The notes below the pieces were generated by a model that was not told the origin of the DNA, did not search any database, and worked only from the letters and a program-made list of their open reading frames with translations. Positions 1 to 11,400 of a DNA stretch of 64,000 nt are shown here, piece by piece; within the stretch, counting starts at the first letter, position 1; every line of letters begins with the position of its first letter. The translations under genes were made by a program, and so were the position numbers. Origin of the DNA: Octopus sinensis (lineage: Eukaryota). Location of the stretch: assembly GCF_006345805.1 (NCBI RefSeq), contig NC_043001.1, forward strand, positions 30,814,001 through 30,878,000, read 5' to 3'.

Positions 1-203
1 TAATAGTAATAATAATAATAGTAATAATAATAATAGTAGTAACAATAATAATATTAATAGTAATAATAATAATAATAATAACAGTAATAATAATAATAAT
101 AACAGTATTAATAATAGTAATAATAATAATAGTAATAATAATAATAGTAATAATAGTAATAATGATAATAATAGTAATAATAATAATAATAACAACAACA
201 ATA
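1..203. repeat. (TAA)n / (TAG/CAA)-interrupted microsatellite
   Basis: Directly visible trinucleotide repeat; further (TTA)n tracts at 636-672, 1083-1112 and 1320-1372. Confidence 0.95.
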
Positions 204-635
204 ATTTCTGTACTGGGCACAAATGCCCAAGACATTGGGGGGACAGCCACAAAACAGTAGGTATTTCCATGAAGTAAGAAAGGAAAATAATGAGAACAAC
301 AGAATTGTAAGAAAAAAAAGGTCCCAAATGAGGAGATGGGCAGCTGTCTAAAGACAGTCAAGGAACACCATATTTGGGATTACTCAAACTACCCAGCTGT
401 CATTCTCGGGTGTACACACAGGTCCATTCACATTGGTCGTGATCACAACTCTCTACTCTCATCATCCATTCAAAGTGGAACAACTTGATTATTACTATCA
501 TTTTTTACTTCTCAGAGCTCTTGATCCTACTTGCTTTGGTTGATTCTGTGAGAGCAGACAGCAACCTGTTGTGAAAGGTCTTACAGGGTTTCTTTCCAAA
601 AATGATAAGACTTGGTACTTTGGGTATTAAATATT

Positions 636-673
<38 letters not shown>

Positions 674-678
674 TGTGA

Positions 679-1068
679 AGGCGCATGGCTCAGTGGTTAG
701 AGCGTCGAGCTTACAATCGTGAGGTTGTGAGTTCGCTTCCCGGACTGAGCTGCGTGTTGTGTTCTTGAGCAAGACACTTTGTTTCACGTTGCTCCAGTTA
801 ACTCAGCTGTAGAAATGAGTTGCGACATCACTGGTGCCAAGCCATATTGGACTTTGCTTTTCCCTAGGATATAAGTCCAACCCATGCTAGCATGGAAAGC
901 GGACGCTAAATGATGATGATGATGATGAACATCAGTGGTGTGGAGAGAGGAGGCTGGCATGCCTGGGTGACTCCTGGCCTTCCATAAATAGCCTTGCCCG
1001 GATTTGTACCTTGGAGGGTAACTTTCTAGGTGCAATCCCATGGTCATTCATGACCGAAGGGGGTCTCC
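679..1068 (+). mobile_element. tRNA-derived SINE (GGCGCATGGCTCAGTGGTTAG head family) with nested LINE-tail fragment
   Basis: A-box TGGCTCAGTGG and B-box GAGTTCGCTTCC. Related copies at about 10665-10980 (-), 41655-41885 (+) and 50195-50482 (+). Confidence 0.75.
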
Positions 1069-1081
1069 TCCTCCTCCTCAA

Positions 1082-1113
<32 letters not shown>

Positions 1114-1114
<1 letters not shown>

Positions 1115-1319
1115 GGCAGTGAGTTGGCAAAACTGTTAGCATGCTGGGCAAAATATTTAGTGGTATGTCATTACGTTCTGAGTTCAAATTCTGCTGAGGT
1201 CGACTTTGACTTTCATCCTTTTGGAGTCAATAAACTAAGTACCAGTTGAACACTGAGGTCGATGTAATAAACTATTCCCCTCCCACCAAATTTCAGGCCT
1301 TGTGCCTATTGTAGAAAGG

Positions 1320-1373
<54 letters not shown>

Positions 1374-1590
1374 AAGACAGCAAGCTGGCAAAATCGTTAG
1401 CACACCAGGCAAAATGCTCAGCAGCATCTTATCTGTCTTTACGTTCTGAGTTCAAATTCCACTGAGATGGACTTTGCCTTTCATCCTTTCAGGGTCGATA
1501 AAATAAGTACCAGTTGATCAGTGGGGGTGGATGTAATCAGTTATCCTGCTCCCTCAAAATCTGAGGCCTTGTGCCTTTATTAGAAAGGGT
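1114..1590 (+). mobile_element. Two tandem SINE copies (GGCGGCGAGCTGGCAG head family) in (TTA)n
   Basis: Both contain GAGTTCAAATTC...CTTTCATCCTTT...GATAAA...AAGTACCAG and are separated by (TTA)n. Confidence 0.8.
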
Positions 1591-1953
1591 TATTATTATT
1601 ATTATTATTGTCTCCTTTCATCTGATGCCTTTGTGGCAATAAAAGACATTTTTTAGGTTATTTTTGACCTTAGCACAATTTGAGCTTGGAACACTGAGAA
1701 AATATTGTAAAGAATCATATCCTTTTACTACTTTGACCATACTGAAAAAGTATATTATTCACATGGGTAAGATGATCTAAGTTTTTACTCTGGAGTCAGT
1801 AGAACTTATCATTTGGTAATGGATTTGAACAATCAGTCAATCAACATTATATATACACACACACAAAAATTTAGATTCAGATGAATTAGGTACTTAGGTT
1901 GAGATAACAGAATTTAGTACGGTATTATCCATACAGTTTCTAAATACTGTGAT

Positions 1954-2236
1954 TAAAATCAAAATAAGCAACAGGATATCCAGAGGTAGTGCAGTACGAT
2001 CGTTTCAAGTGACTCTATTTAATTGAACAATGCAACCATTACACCAGTTTAAATGCAGAGCTATCCTCAGCTGCATAAATACATATAATTAAATTAAATT
2101 ATAACAGATGGACACATTAGTATAATTTTACCTTAAACCTCCAAGAAGGTAAGGAGGTAGACAAAGAACATGCTGTCTTCACTTGGAGTCGCTTGAAATG
2201 ATCATACTGGATATCCTGTTGCTTATTTTGATTTTA
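1954..2236. mobile_element. Fold-back element, probably an inverted Penelope-like terminal repeat
   Basis: Perfect 30-bp inverted repeat at 1954-1983 and 2207-2236, with further imperfect pairing inside; contains a hammerhead motif. Confidence 0.7.
1990..2075 (-). ncRNA. Type I hammerhead ribozyme motif (complete core)
   Basis: Minus strand: UGCAG-CUGAGGA-[long stem II]-GAAA-CGAUCG-UA-CUGCA. 5-bp stem I, palindromic stem III ACGAUCGU, GUA cleavage triplet. Confidence 0.75.
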
Positions 2237-4369
2237 TATAAATGTGTGTGTGTGTGTATATATATATATAACACATGCATATGCAAATACATTATTGTTG
2301 TTGAATCACTCCACTGTACTACTGCAAGTTAATAGATCAAGCTTCCTGCTACTCCTGGGTCTATAGGTTAATATAGGTTGTGGTGCACCTGAGCACTGTA
2401 TACAATAATTTCATTATATTTTATATATAACTAGATGTTATAACAACAACTACAGCAGAATGGTTAAGGATATTTTCTTGTTATCTATATTCTGAAGCAT
2501 CCACATGAATATAATAACATATTTAAAGGGTTCTATACTTTAGAATTGTTTAAAGGCTTCATTGAAGATACATTTAACTATAAGGAAAACATATCTGTTT
2601 GTTTTGTATAAGATTTGTGTATTTTCCCACCTTTTTTTTTTGCTTAAATTCTAGATGTTTAATCCTAGTTTCATACTTTGTGAAGCATCTCTGCAAGCAT
2701 TGTAGCCCACTGAGGGGAAATTATCTCTTGTACAACAGGGCAGCTGTTTTCATTCATTTTATTCATATTTTATTTTTTTAAATGTCATGTTGTTGGCTGG
2801 ATGAAAACTGATGAAATTAATGTCGACATTGTTTACAAAATCTGATTCTGTTTCCCTTTATCTCCACGTAAATAATAAAAAAAAATATTATCTGAAAATA
2901 AACATACTCATAAGGAAGCATATCAAATACCTTGATACTGTTATGTATACATTCAGCTGCCAGAATATTCTTGCTTAATAAAATATGCCAATCTCAGCAT
3001 ATGTTTGTTTTGTTATTGTTTCAGCTTTCACAACATACATGCACACACATGCCATGACATGTATATATAGGCATGCAAGCACACACATGCACATCCACAT
3101 TGCACACATGCAAATTATTCATACAGTTATTCTCCTTTCTATGTAGATACAGGGTTTCTGGATTTGTTTTACATTCCAATCTGATTTAGTCCTGACACTG
3201 TTGAATAATTCTATCCCTGTTATATTTCACCTTAGTGTTGTCTTGTTTCTTATTCTCCACTTCAAAAATAAGCAAATACAACAATACCTGCTACATATTG
3301 GTTTCAGAAATATTTATTATTTTGAATCTTGCAATTGGCAGTTATAATATTTATTTCTTTATTGCCCACAAGGGGGTAAACATAGAGGGGACAAACAAGG
3401 ACAGACAAAGGGATTAAGTCGATTAAGTCGATGAAGTACCTTAATTATCAGTCAATTAATTATCGAAACAGATTAAATACATTTTTGAAATATATGAGGA
3501 TCTTTTACTGTTGTGATTAAAATATGAATAGTTCCATGACTCCTAAATAAGTGTCTGATGACTCACTAGGCTGATCTAGTCTAGCATTAGCAAGCAAAGC
3601 ATGAGAAAAATTGTATAGAATTCTGAATGATAAGTTAATTTATCGTATAGTGGTCTCTTCGTTAATTTCTTGTCTACTTCCATTCTAACAACACTTAAAG
3701 AACGTGTGCCTTCAATTTAATAAATGTCACTATCTTGCTCATACTATTAATGCCCACTGCTTTAATTATTAACATTTGAAATCTAGAATATCTCTGCTCA
3801 TATTTGAAATGACATCATTTATCTCTGCTTCTAAACTGGTGTGCTGGAATACCTGCTACATATAAGTTTCAGCAATATTTATTATTTTGAATCTTGTAAT
3901 TGGCAGTTATAATATTTCTTTATTGCCCACAAGGGGGTAAACATAGAGGGAACAAACAAGGACAGACAAAGGGATTAAGTTGATTACATCGACCACAGGG
4001 TGTAACTGGTACTTTATTTATTGACCCCGAAAGGATGAAAGGCAAAGTCGACCTCAAATAATATTTAATTCATACTGTTCATCCATTGAACTTTCTTGCT
4101 TTTAGAGAAGTGTTTTTAGCTTTGCCATATATGTATAAACACACACACACATACAAATCCATCCATCCATCCATCTATCCATCCATCCATTCAAACAAAC
4201 AAACAAACATACAAGGTGATTGTTCCATCTTCACAGATAATTACTGCCTCTTTGTGCTTCCTCATTGTCAGTGGCATTTCTGACTTTCCATTTGTGACCT
4301 GCCAGATGACTTTTCAGCCCTGTTGCTGACCTGCATTGTTTAAAGCTTAGGTGATGGATAAATGTTTCT

Positions 4370-4655
4370 GAACGTGGCCAATGACAGCGCTGCCTTCATT
4401 GGCTTCCGTGCTGGTGGCCTGTAAAAAGTGCCAACCAATCGTGGCCATTGCCAGCTTCGCCTGGCACCTGTGCCGGTGGTACACAAAAAGCACCCACTAC
4501 ACTCTTGGAGTGGTTGGCGTTAGGAGGGGCATCCAGCTGTAGAAACACTGCAAGATCAGACTGGAGACTGGTGCAGCCTCCTGGTTTCCCAGACTCCGGT
4601 CAAACCATCCAACCCATGCTAGCATGGAAAACGGATGTTAAACGATGATGATGAT
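4370..4655 (+). mobile_element. RTE-LINE 3' tail / derived short element ending in (ATG)n
   Basis: GGAGTGGTTGGCGTTAGGA...CCAACCCATGCTAGCATGGAAA...(GAT)n. Approximate positions of other copies: 9170-9440+, 11250-11490-, 19588-19770+, 20873-21250-, 31555-32025+, 39200-39380+, 39756-40290-, 41008-41655+, 58600-58915+. Confidence 0.8.
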
Positions 4656-5071
4656 GTAATTCCAAATGATTAGACCTTCTGTCACCATAGAACTTTCACT
4701 AGATAGATGACAAATAAAGTCACCATAAAGCAATATCTGTATGTCATTGGATTATAGTGATAAATACTTGTACATGTGCCACTCTCTGAGTCTCCATAAT
4801 TAGAATCTAGTTACGGGCCAAAGTGAGATGTCTTGTAATCTTGTGAAACTGCAGGTTTTACATCAGAGTGTCCCACTCCTAGAAGAATGTGACAACAGCT
4901 CAGGGTCCCTCACTCTTAGAGGTTTTATTGTGTGCCATGCCACCAACAGAGGATATTCTGTGTTCCCATGCTCAGAATGCTCAGACGCAATGTCATCACA
5001 TATGTTAGTTAACTGGGACTCTGACTGATGCTACCACCATGGGTCATATTGGATGAACTGTTTACCTTCGA

Positions 5072-6396
5072 AGACCCAATCCATCACTGGAAGTGTAAAA
5101 ATCTGTAAAACTTTCCAGAAGTTAATCATTTAAATATATATGAGCATGTATAGATATGCAACTATATGCATGAGAATACATACATAACACATACAAATCT
5201 GCACATACATATATACATATATACATACATACATACATACATCATACATACATACATACATACATACATACATACATACGTACGTACGTACGTACGTACG
5301 TACGCACGCACGTATGTTCTTCCAAGAAAGCTAGCTCATATACACACCCCTGTTGACTTAGGCATCATTTCCCTTCTCTGAGCAGGTATGTCATCTATTT
5401 TAGGAGCCATTAATTAAAACCTGGGCACAATAATGGCTATGAAGTAGTTCCACACTCCTCAAAACAATGGAAATCCTGGATGCAGTTTAAAGCCATACAT
5501 ACATACATACATACATACATACATACATACACACATACACACATACATACACACACACCACACACACACACACACACATACACACATACATACATTTGCA
5601 ATCCAGGAACAGGAAATATCAACCAAGTACCTGATGCACAAAAGGATAGAGATGCAGGAAAAGCCATAAAATGTGACAACCGATGCAGACTTTGTGGAGT
5701 TCACACTGAAGATATCACCCACATCATATGCAGTTGTCTGAAAATGTCATCACAGTATTATTATCTACCAATGAGACATGATGTTGTAGCTAGGATACTC
5801 TATAATGTAATCCATCAGAAGGATAATCCCAAGGACAAAGAAATAAGAACCCACAATATGGTAGAAGCCATAGCCACTCATAATAAAAAGGAATACTAGT
5901 GGAATGTACCAGTGAAGATCTCAATAAAATGTAAACACAACAGACCTGATATAATGATTTGGGATAGAGAAGAGAAACTGTACACAGTTGTGGAAAGTAG
6001 CTGCCCAGGAGATATTAACATAAAGCTGAAGATCAGTAAAAAAGAGAATACTGATGCTGAACTATTGAAGAAAGAAGCTAATTCGAAGACTACAGACCCA
6101 ATCCATCACTGGAACTGTAAAAATCTGTAAAACTTTCCAGAAGTTTATCATTTAAATATATATGAGCATGTCTAGATATGCAACTATATGCATGAGAATA
6201 CATACATAAAACATACAAATCTGCACATACACACACACACACACACACCACACACACACACACACACAAACAAACAAACAAAATACCCTGTTGTTGATGT
6301 TGAAATTCCAATGAAGGAACCTTGGATCTAGGTTAGTAACTGGTTCTTTCTCTATTGACAAGAAATCTTGAAATAAACTGAATAATGATATGCATG

Positions 6397-6444
<48 letters not shown>

Positions 6445-6570
6445 TACATACATACATACATACATACCCTGTTGTTGATGTTGAAATTCCAATGAAGGAG
6501 CCTTGGATCTAGGTTAGAAACCAGCTCCTTTACTGGCAAGAAATCTTGAAATAAAACTGAATGATGACAT
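5072..6570 (+). mobile_element. Restriction-like endonuclease (RLE; R4/NeSL-type) non-LTR retrotransposon 3' fragments
   Basis: 5597-6150 encodes AIQEQEISTKYL (frameshift) CRLCG...HIICSC zinc knuckle, RHDVVA, NRPDIMIWD...VVE.SCP, with a stop codon. The 3' end is duplicated (5072-5215 vs 6093-6230; 6283-6390 vs 6463-6570). Confidence 0.85.
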
Positions 6571-6573
6571 ACA

Positions 6574-6604
<31 letters not shown>

Positions 6605-6888
6605 TGTGATTTCACTTAGGCATAGTGGTTCTAATAATCACTGGTTAGAACTCAATGTACTTAGGCTCTAGAGTAAAGAATTAAGTAATAAGTACAGTGT
6701 ACAATATTAATTAATGACTGACAAGAGAATAGGGGTCACATAATCACCTTCATTAGTTTGCAGCTATTTCTGGTATAAGAAGCTGTGCACTCAGCTCTGA
6801 GTACACTGCTTCTTATATCAGAAAGAGCTGTAAGCAAATGAAAGTGACACATAACTCCTTTTGTTGTCTTGTCATTAATTGATATATA

Positions 6889-8177
6889 TGTTGGGTCATC
6901 CCATAAATAATGCAATTTTTTAATACTTCTTTTGTTTTTCAAAATTAAGATAAACAAAGTTCTTTTTTAATCTAAAATATGCTCTCTATTGTCTACAATA
7001 CTCTTCCATCTAGCTGGTGAAGTTGCAAGGCCCCTCTTCCAAAGTTCACTTGTCTGTGATGAAAAATACTCCTCCAGTACTGTTCTGATCTTGTCTACAG
7101 AATTCATATTTTCTCCATCCAAATGATTTTGAAGATTACAGAATAAATGATAATCAGATGGGGCAATGCCAGGTGAATATGGTGGTTGGGGTATCGTTTC
7201 CCATTCAAACTGCTCCAGCCTTTGGAATGTCATCCTTGCTGTATGTGGTTGAGCATTATCTTGATGGGAGAACACCATTTGTCTTGAAACCAAAGCTGGT
7301 TGTTTTTCTTCTAGCACTGACTTAAGTTGCTCAAGTTGCTGTGTTATCATTTAGTTTGGGTTTAAAAGTTCAAAGTGGACTAACCCTTTCATATCCCACC
7401 AAACAGATAACAACACCTTACATGTGTGAAGACCTTCTTTAGCCTGGGTTGCTGGTGTTTTTCCTTTCCCAACCAAGTCTTCAGCACTTTTTCTATGGAG
7501 GAGATTTTTATAAAGAACCCATTTCTCGTCACCAGTCACTACTTGGTCCCCCAAAAAGGTTCATTTATGAGATAAGACAGCAAAGAAGAGCACACATTCA
7601 TTCTCTATGTACGATTAGACTTGGAGAGTTTGTGAGGAACCCACTGACCCAAATTGCTACCATTTCTGATGGCATGTAGGTGTCGATGACTAGTTAAAAG
7701 GCCAAATCCAAGCCTCTCTGCTAGTTTCTCAACAGTTACAATGGGATTTTGTTCCACCAGGGTTTGCAGGACGTCCTCGTCAAACTCTACAGATTTTCTA
7801 GGAAGAGGCTTGTTTTCTAGACTGTAATTTCTGGCTCTGAATTTTTGGAACCACTGTTGACATTAGCTTACACTTATTGTCCGATCCCCATATACTGCAT
7901 TTAAAATCCTTTGCACTTTCCAATGCATTGTTGCCTTTATTGGATTCTCAAAGGAAAATATGCTGAATATGCTCCTTTGTCAGCTTTCATTATAGCTTTA
8001 ATAAAATAACTGCCAAAATCGAACTGCACTCTTCAAAATTTGCACTAAGAATAAGGACAAGATAATATTACTACTTGCTTTTATAGCAAGTTGATGCAGG
8101 TACTTTATCCTCTCCCGCTCCGACTATTAGTTTATGCTATTGAAAAAACCCCGCATTATTAACGGGATGACCCAATA
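6889..8177 (-). mobile_element. Near full-length decayed mariner (DD34D) transposon
   Basis: TIRs TTGGGTCATCCC...ATAATGC at 6891 and 8175 in TA context. Motifs TGDEKWVLY, HQDNAQPH and YSPGIAPSDYHLF, with frameshifts. Confidence 0.92.
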
Positions 8178-8212
8178 TATATAGCTTTCCAGTTTAGTTG
8201 AATGCTATTACC

Positions 8213-8442
8213 TATTTCTTTACTACCCACAAGGGGCTAAACATAGAGGGGACAAACAAGGACAGACATAGGTATTAAGTCGTTTACATCGACCCCAGTG
8301 CGTAACTGGTACTTATTTAATCGACCCCGAAAGGATGAAAAGCAAAGTCGACCTCAGCGGAATTTGAACTCAGAACGTAACGGCAGACGAAATACGGCTA
8401 CGCATTTCGCCCGGCGTGCTAACGTTTCTGCCAGCTCGCCTA
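8213..8442 (-). mobile_element. SINE (GGCGGCGAGCTGGCAG head family), young copy
   Basis: CpG-rich copy. Close relatives at about 34845-35077+, 36085-36316+, 43875-44327 (three nested pieces), 46914-47141-, 31030-31240- and 50666-50860+. Confidence 0.85.
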
Positions 8443-11400
8443 CCTTCAGTAATAACAGATGTGTTTCAAAGATTGTATTCTTAGACATTTTAAGTAGAAT
8501 GTGGTTTTTACAATTTTGTTTGTATTTTCATGTTTTTTTAAAAAATTTAATGTTTGCCCTCTGACCCTGTAATTAAGAATGAATTACTAATAATCTACTT
8601 ACTTTTAGGCTGCGAGTTGCTACTGCTGTTGTCATTGCTACAAAATAACGTTACTATATCATTGCTGTTGCTATTATAAATTATACTAAACGCGATATAT
8701 ATTTTTTTCCTGCTGTTCGTATTACCTCCCTTACATCAGCTTGTTATTGTAAACTACTTGAGTTTGGCGTAATTTACTATTTCTCACCTCTTTGAGTTCT
8801 ATAAATCGTTTTGCTTTCGTTAGTTTGTTTAATCATCGCGAGTAAATTAATTCTGGAGCGCTGCCCTCAAAATAAGATGCATTAACAAGTCTATCATAAA
8901 ACCTTTTTTTGAATTCACATTTTACATGCTATCTTTAGGATAATTCAGCTTTGCTGTTTATTGACACTATATGCCAACGCCTATTCTTCCATATTAACGT
9001 GTATGCTTAACATTCAGATACAAAAACAAAACGAAAGGAAAAAAACTCATACATCGCCATTAACCTTAAATATATATACACATATATATATGTCTACCGT
9101 ACTACCACGTAACTCTGGGTCTGGAAGGGACTTTGCTCCATCCACAGACTTGGTCTGTGACACTCAGCAAGCCTTGACTGGCTTCTGTGCCGGTGGCACG
9201 TAAAAAGCACCATCCGATCGTGGCCGCTGCCAGCCTCCCCTGGCACCTGTGCCGGTGGTACGTAAAAAGCACCCACTGCACTCACGGAGTGGTTGGCGTT
9301 AGGAAGCGCATCCAGCTGTAGAAACACTGCCAGATCAGACTGGAGCCTGGTGCAGCCTTCTGGCTACCCAGACCCCGGTCGAACCGTCCAACCCGTGCTA
9401 GCACGGAAAGCGGACGTTAAACGATGATGATGATGATGATAATATATATAAACATTTTCCCACAAGGGGATATTTTCCATGATACTCTATTATCTTTCCA
9501 GCTGATTTCTCTTTGTCTAACTTTGATATCAATTGTAGTATTATGTCTATTTTTTATGGTGGTATGGGTTGGAGAGTTTGACAGGAACCGATGGGTTGGT
9601 AGATGCTGTTTTGCTCCAGTGTCACAGTTTGGGCATGGTTTCTTAGGCTGGATACCTTTTCTAATGTGACCCACATTTGAGTGTTTCTTAAGGTAATACT
9701 AATAAGGTTACCTTGTCATTTGGAAAAATTTTAGAGATTTATAGTGGTCGCCACTTGTAACGATAAAGTTTTTAGTTGATGTTGAGGATCACTAGTCGTA
9801 ACGGTTAGGTTTTAATTAGTGTAGTTACTAATTGTAATGGGTTAGATTGATTAGTAAACTATAATGTGAAATGTCGGAGTCAGCAGTTGTAGCGATAATA
9901 ATTTGTTGTTATGACGGCAAGTTGTAAGATGTGAAAGATGGACAGTGCCTGAAGTTTTAAGAAAGTATTTATTTACCGTTATGTTACAATACCTTGCCTC
10001 GACGGGCAGGTTATGATAAATCCAAAAGCTTGCGAAAGAAAGTTAGATGCGGTAGAATGTTTCTTTACATAGTTTGGCATATACGAATAGTTAGTAGTAA
10101 TCCGCAGATAGCGACAGAATGTTGTAAGAGAACAGAATTAGAGCTAGAGAGAATTATAGGGTGTTGTCTCACAGTTGCTGACAGTAAACTTCATTTCTCC
10201 CTCTGACCAAGGTTGTAGCTGGTCAGCCAGATTTCGTCATCACCGAAGTGACTACTTAGTTGAGTTGTCACCAACTGTGACTAACTGACTTTTGCTTGGG
10301 GTGTGCTTGCTTTTATAACTATCCAGAAGGATAGATACATCATTGAGAACAATAGATTTAGTTGGTGGTCTTGTTATCTCTGTTCTAGCTTTTGGTGAAG
10401 TAGAAGAGGTTAGAAAGGGTCAAGTGGTGAAGACATTATTTCGGCCTAGCTAAAGGCATCTAGATAATGTAAAACTGCTGTCAGAGAAAAGCCATTGTTC
10501 CACCATGGGAAAAGTTCTGTTGCAGTGTTAATTTAAATTTGGCTATGGTGGATCGAATTCACTTCATGCATGCAAGATCCACTGCAGATCCCATGTGTTG
10601 GGAAGTTAAAGCATGATAAGAAGAACAGGTTTATTGTTGACAGAAGGTGTCTCTGGAGAAACTGGCACTCCATTAGTTATGATGAAGGTTCTAGTTGATC
10701 CAGTCAATGGAACAGCCTGCTTGTGAAATTAACATACAAGTGGCTGAGCACTCCACAGACACATTTATCCTTAGTGTAGTTTTCAGGGATATTCAGCATG
10801 ACACAATGTGACAAAGCTGACTCTTTGAATTACAGGAACTTACTCAATTTTACCAGCTGAGTGGACTGGAGCAATGTGAAATAAAGTGTCTTGCTCATGA
10901 AAACAATGCGCTGTTGGGAATCGAACCCACAACTTTTTGATTGTGAGCTGAATACCCTAACCACTAAGCTGCATGCTCCCACTGTCTGGGGGAGAAACTG
11001 AGACAGTGTTAGAGAAGGGATTAATTGGAAGGAAAGAGAAAGAATAGTATCAGGAGTTATTGAGAGTGAGTTAGAGAATGATGAAGAAGATAGTGGAGTG
11101 GGCTGAGTAGGAGGAATTTAGGACTACCCAGCTCCCATGATATATATATATATGAATAGATGAGGCTGGGCTGAACTCATAGGATACAAGACAATTAACT
11201 GAGTATGGAATCTTACAGTTTGTTGTATCTTGTCATTGGTGTTGTGTAGTCATTATCATCATCATTGTCATCATTTAACACCTGTTTTTCTATGTTGGCA
11301 TGGTTTGGATGGTCTGACAGGAGCTGCACCAGATTCCATAGTCTGTTTTGGCTTGATTTTTACAGCTGGATACCTTTCCTAACACCAACCACTTTACAGA

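Noticed and set aside
108-299. Poly-Tyr ORF and the many CVCV/HTHT/YIYI ORFs in the track
   Set aside because: Translations of (TAA)n, (CA)n and (TA)n microsatellites.
679-750. tRNA-like sequences at SINE heads (also near 17815, 45609 and 60106)
   Set aside because: A/B boxes are present but there is no complete cloverleaf, and each continues into a SINE body.
3553-3600. CTGATGA followed by a short hairpin
   Set aside because: No correctly placed GAAA or stem III.
6483-6535. CCAATGAAGGAGCC...GGTTAGAAACC hammerhead-like look in the RLE element tail
   Set aside because: No CUGANGA core and no stem I pairing.
8590-9130. Slightly CpG-richer unique segment as a possible promoter
   Set aside because: No first exon, signal peptide ORF or other support is visible.
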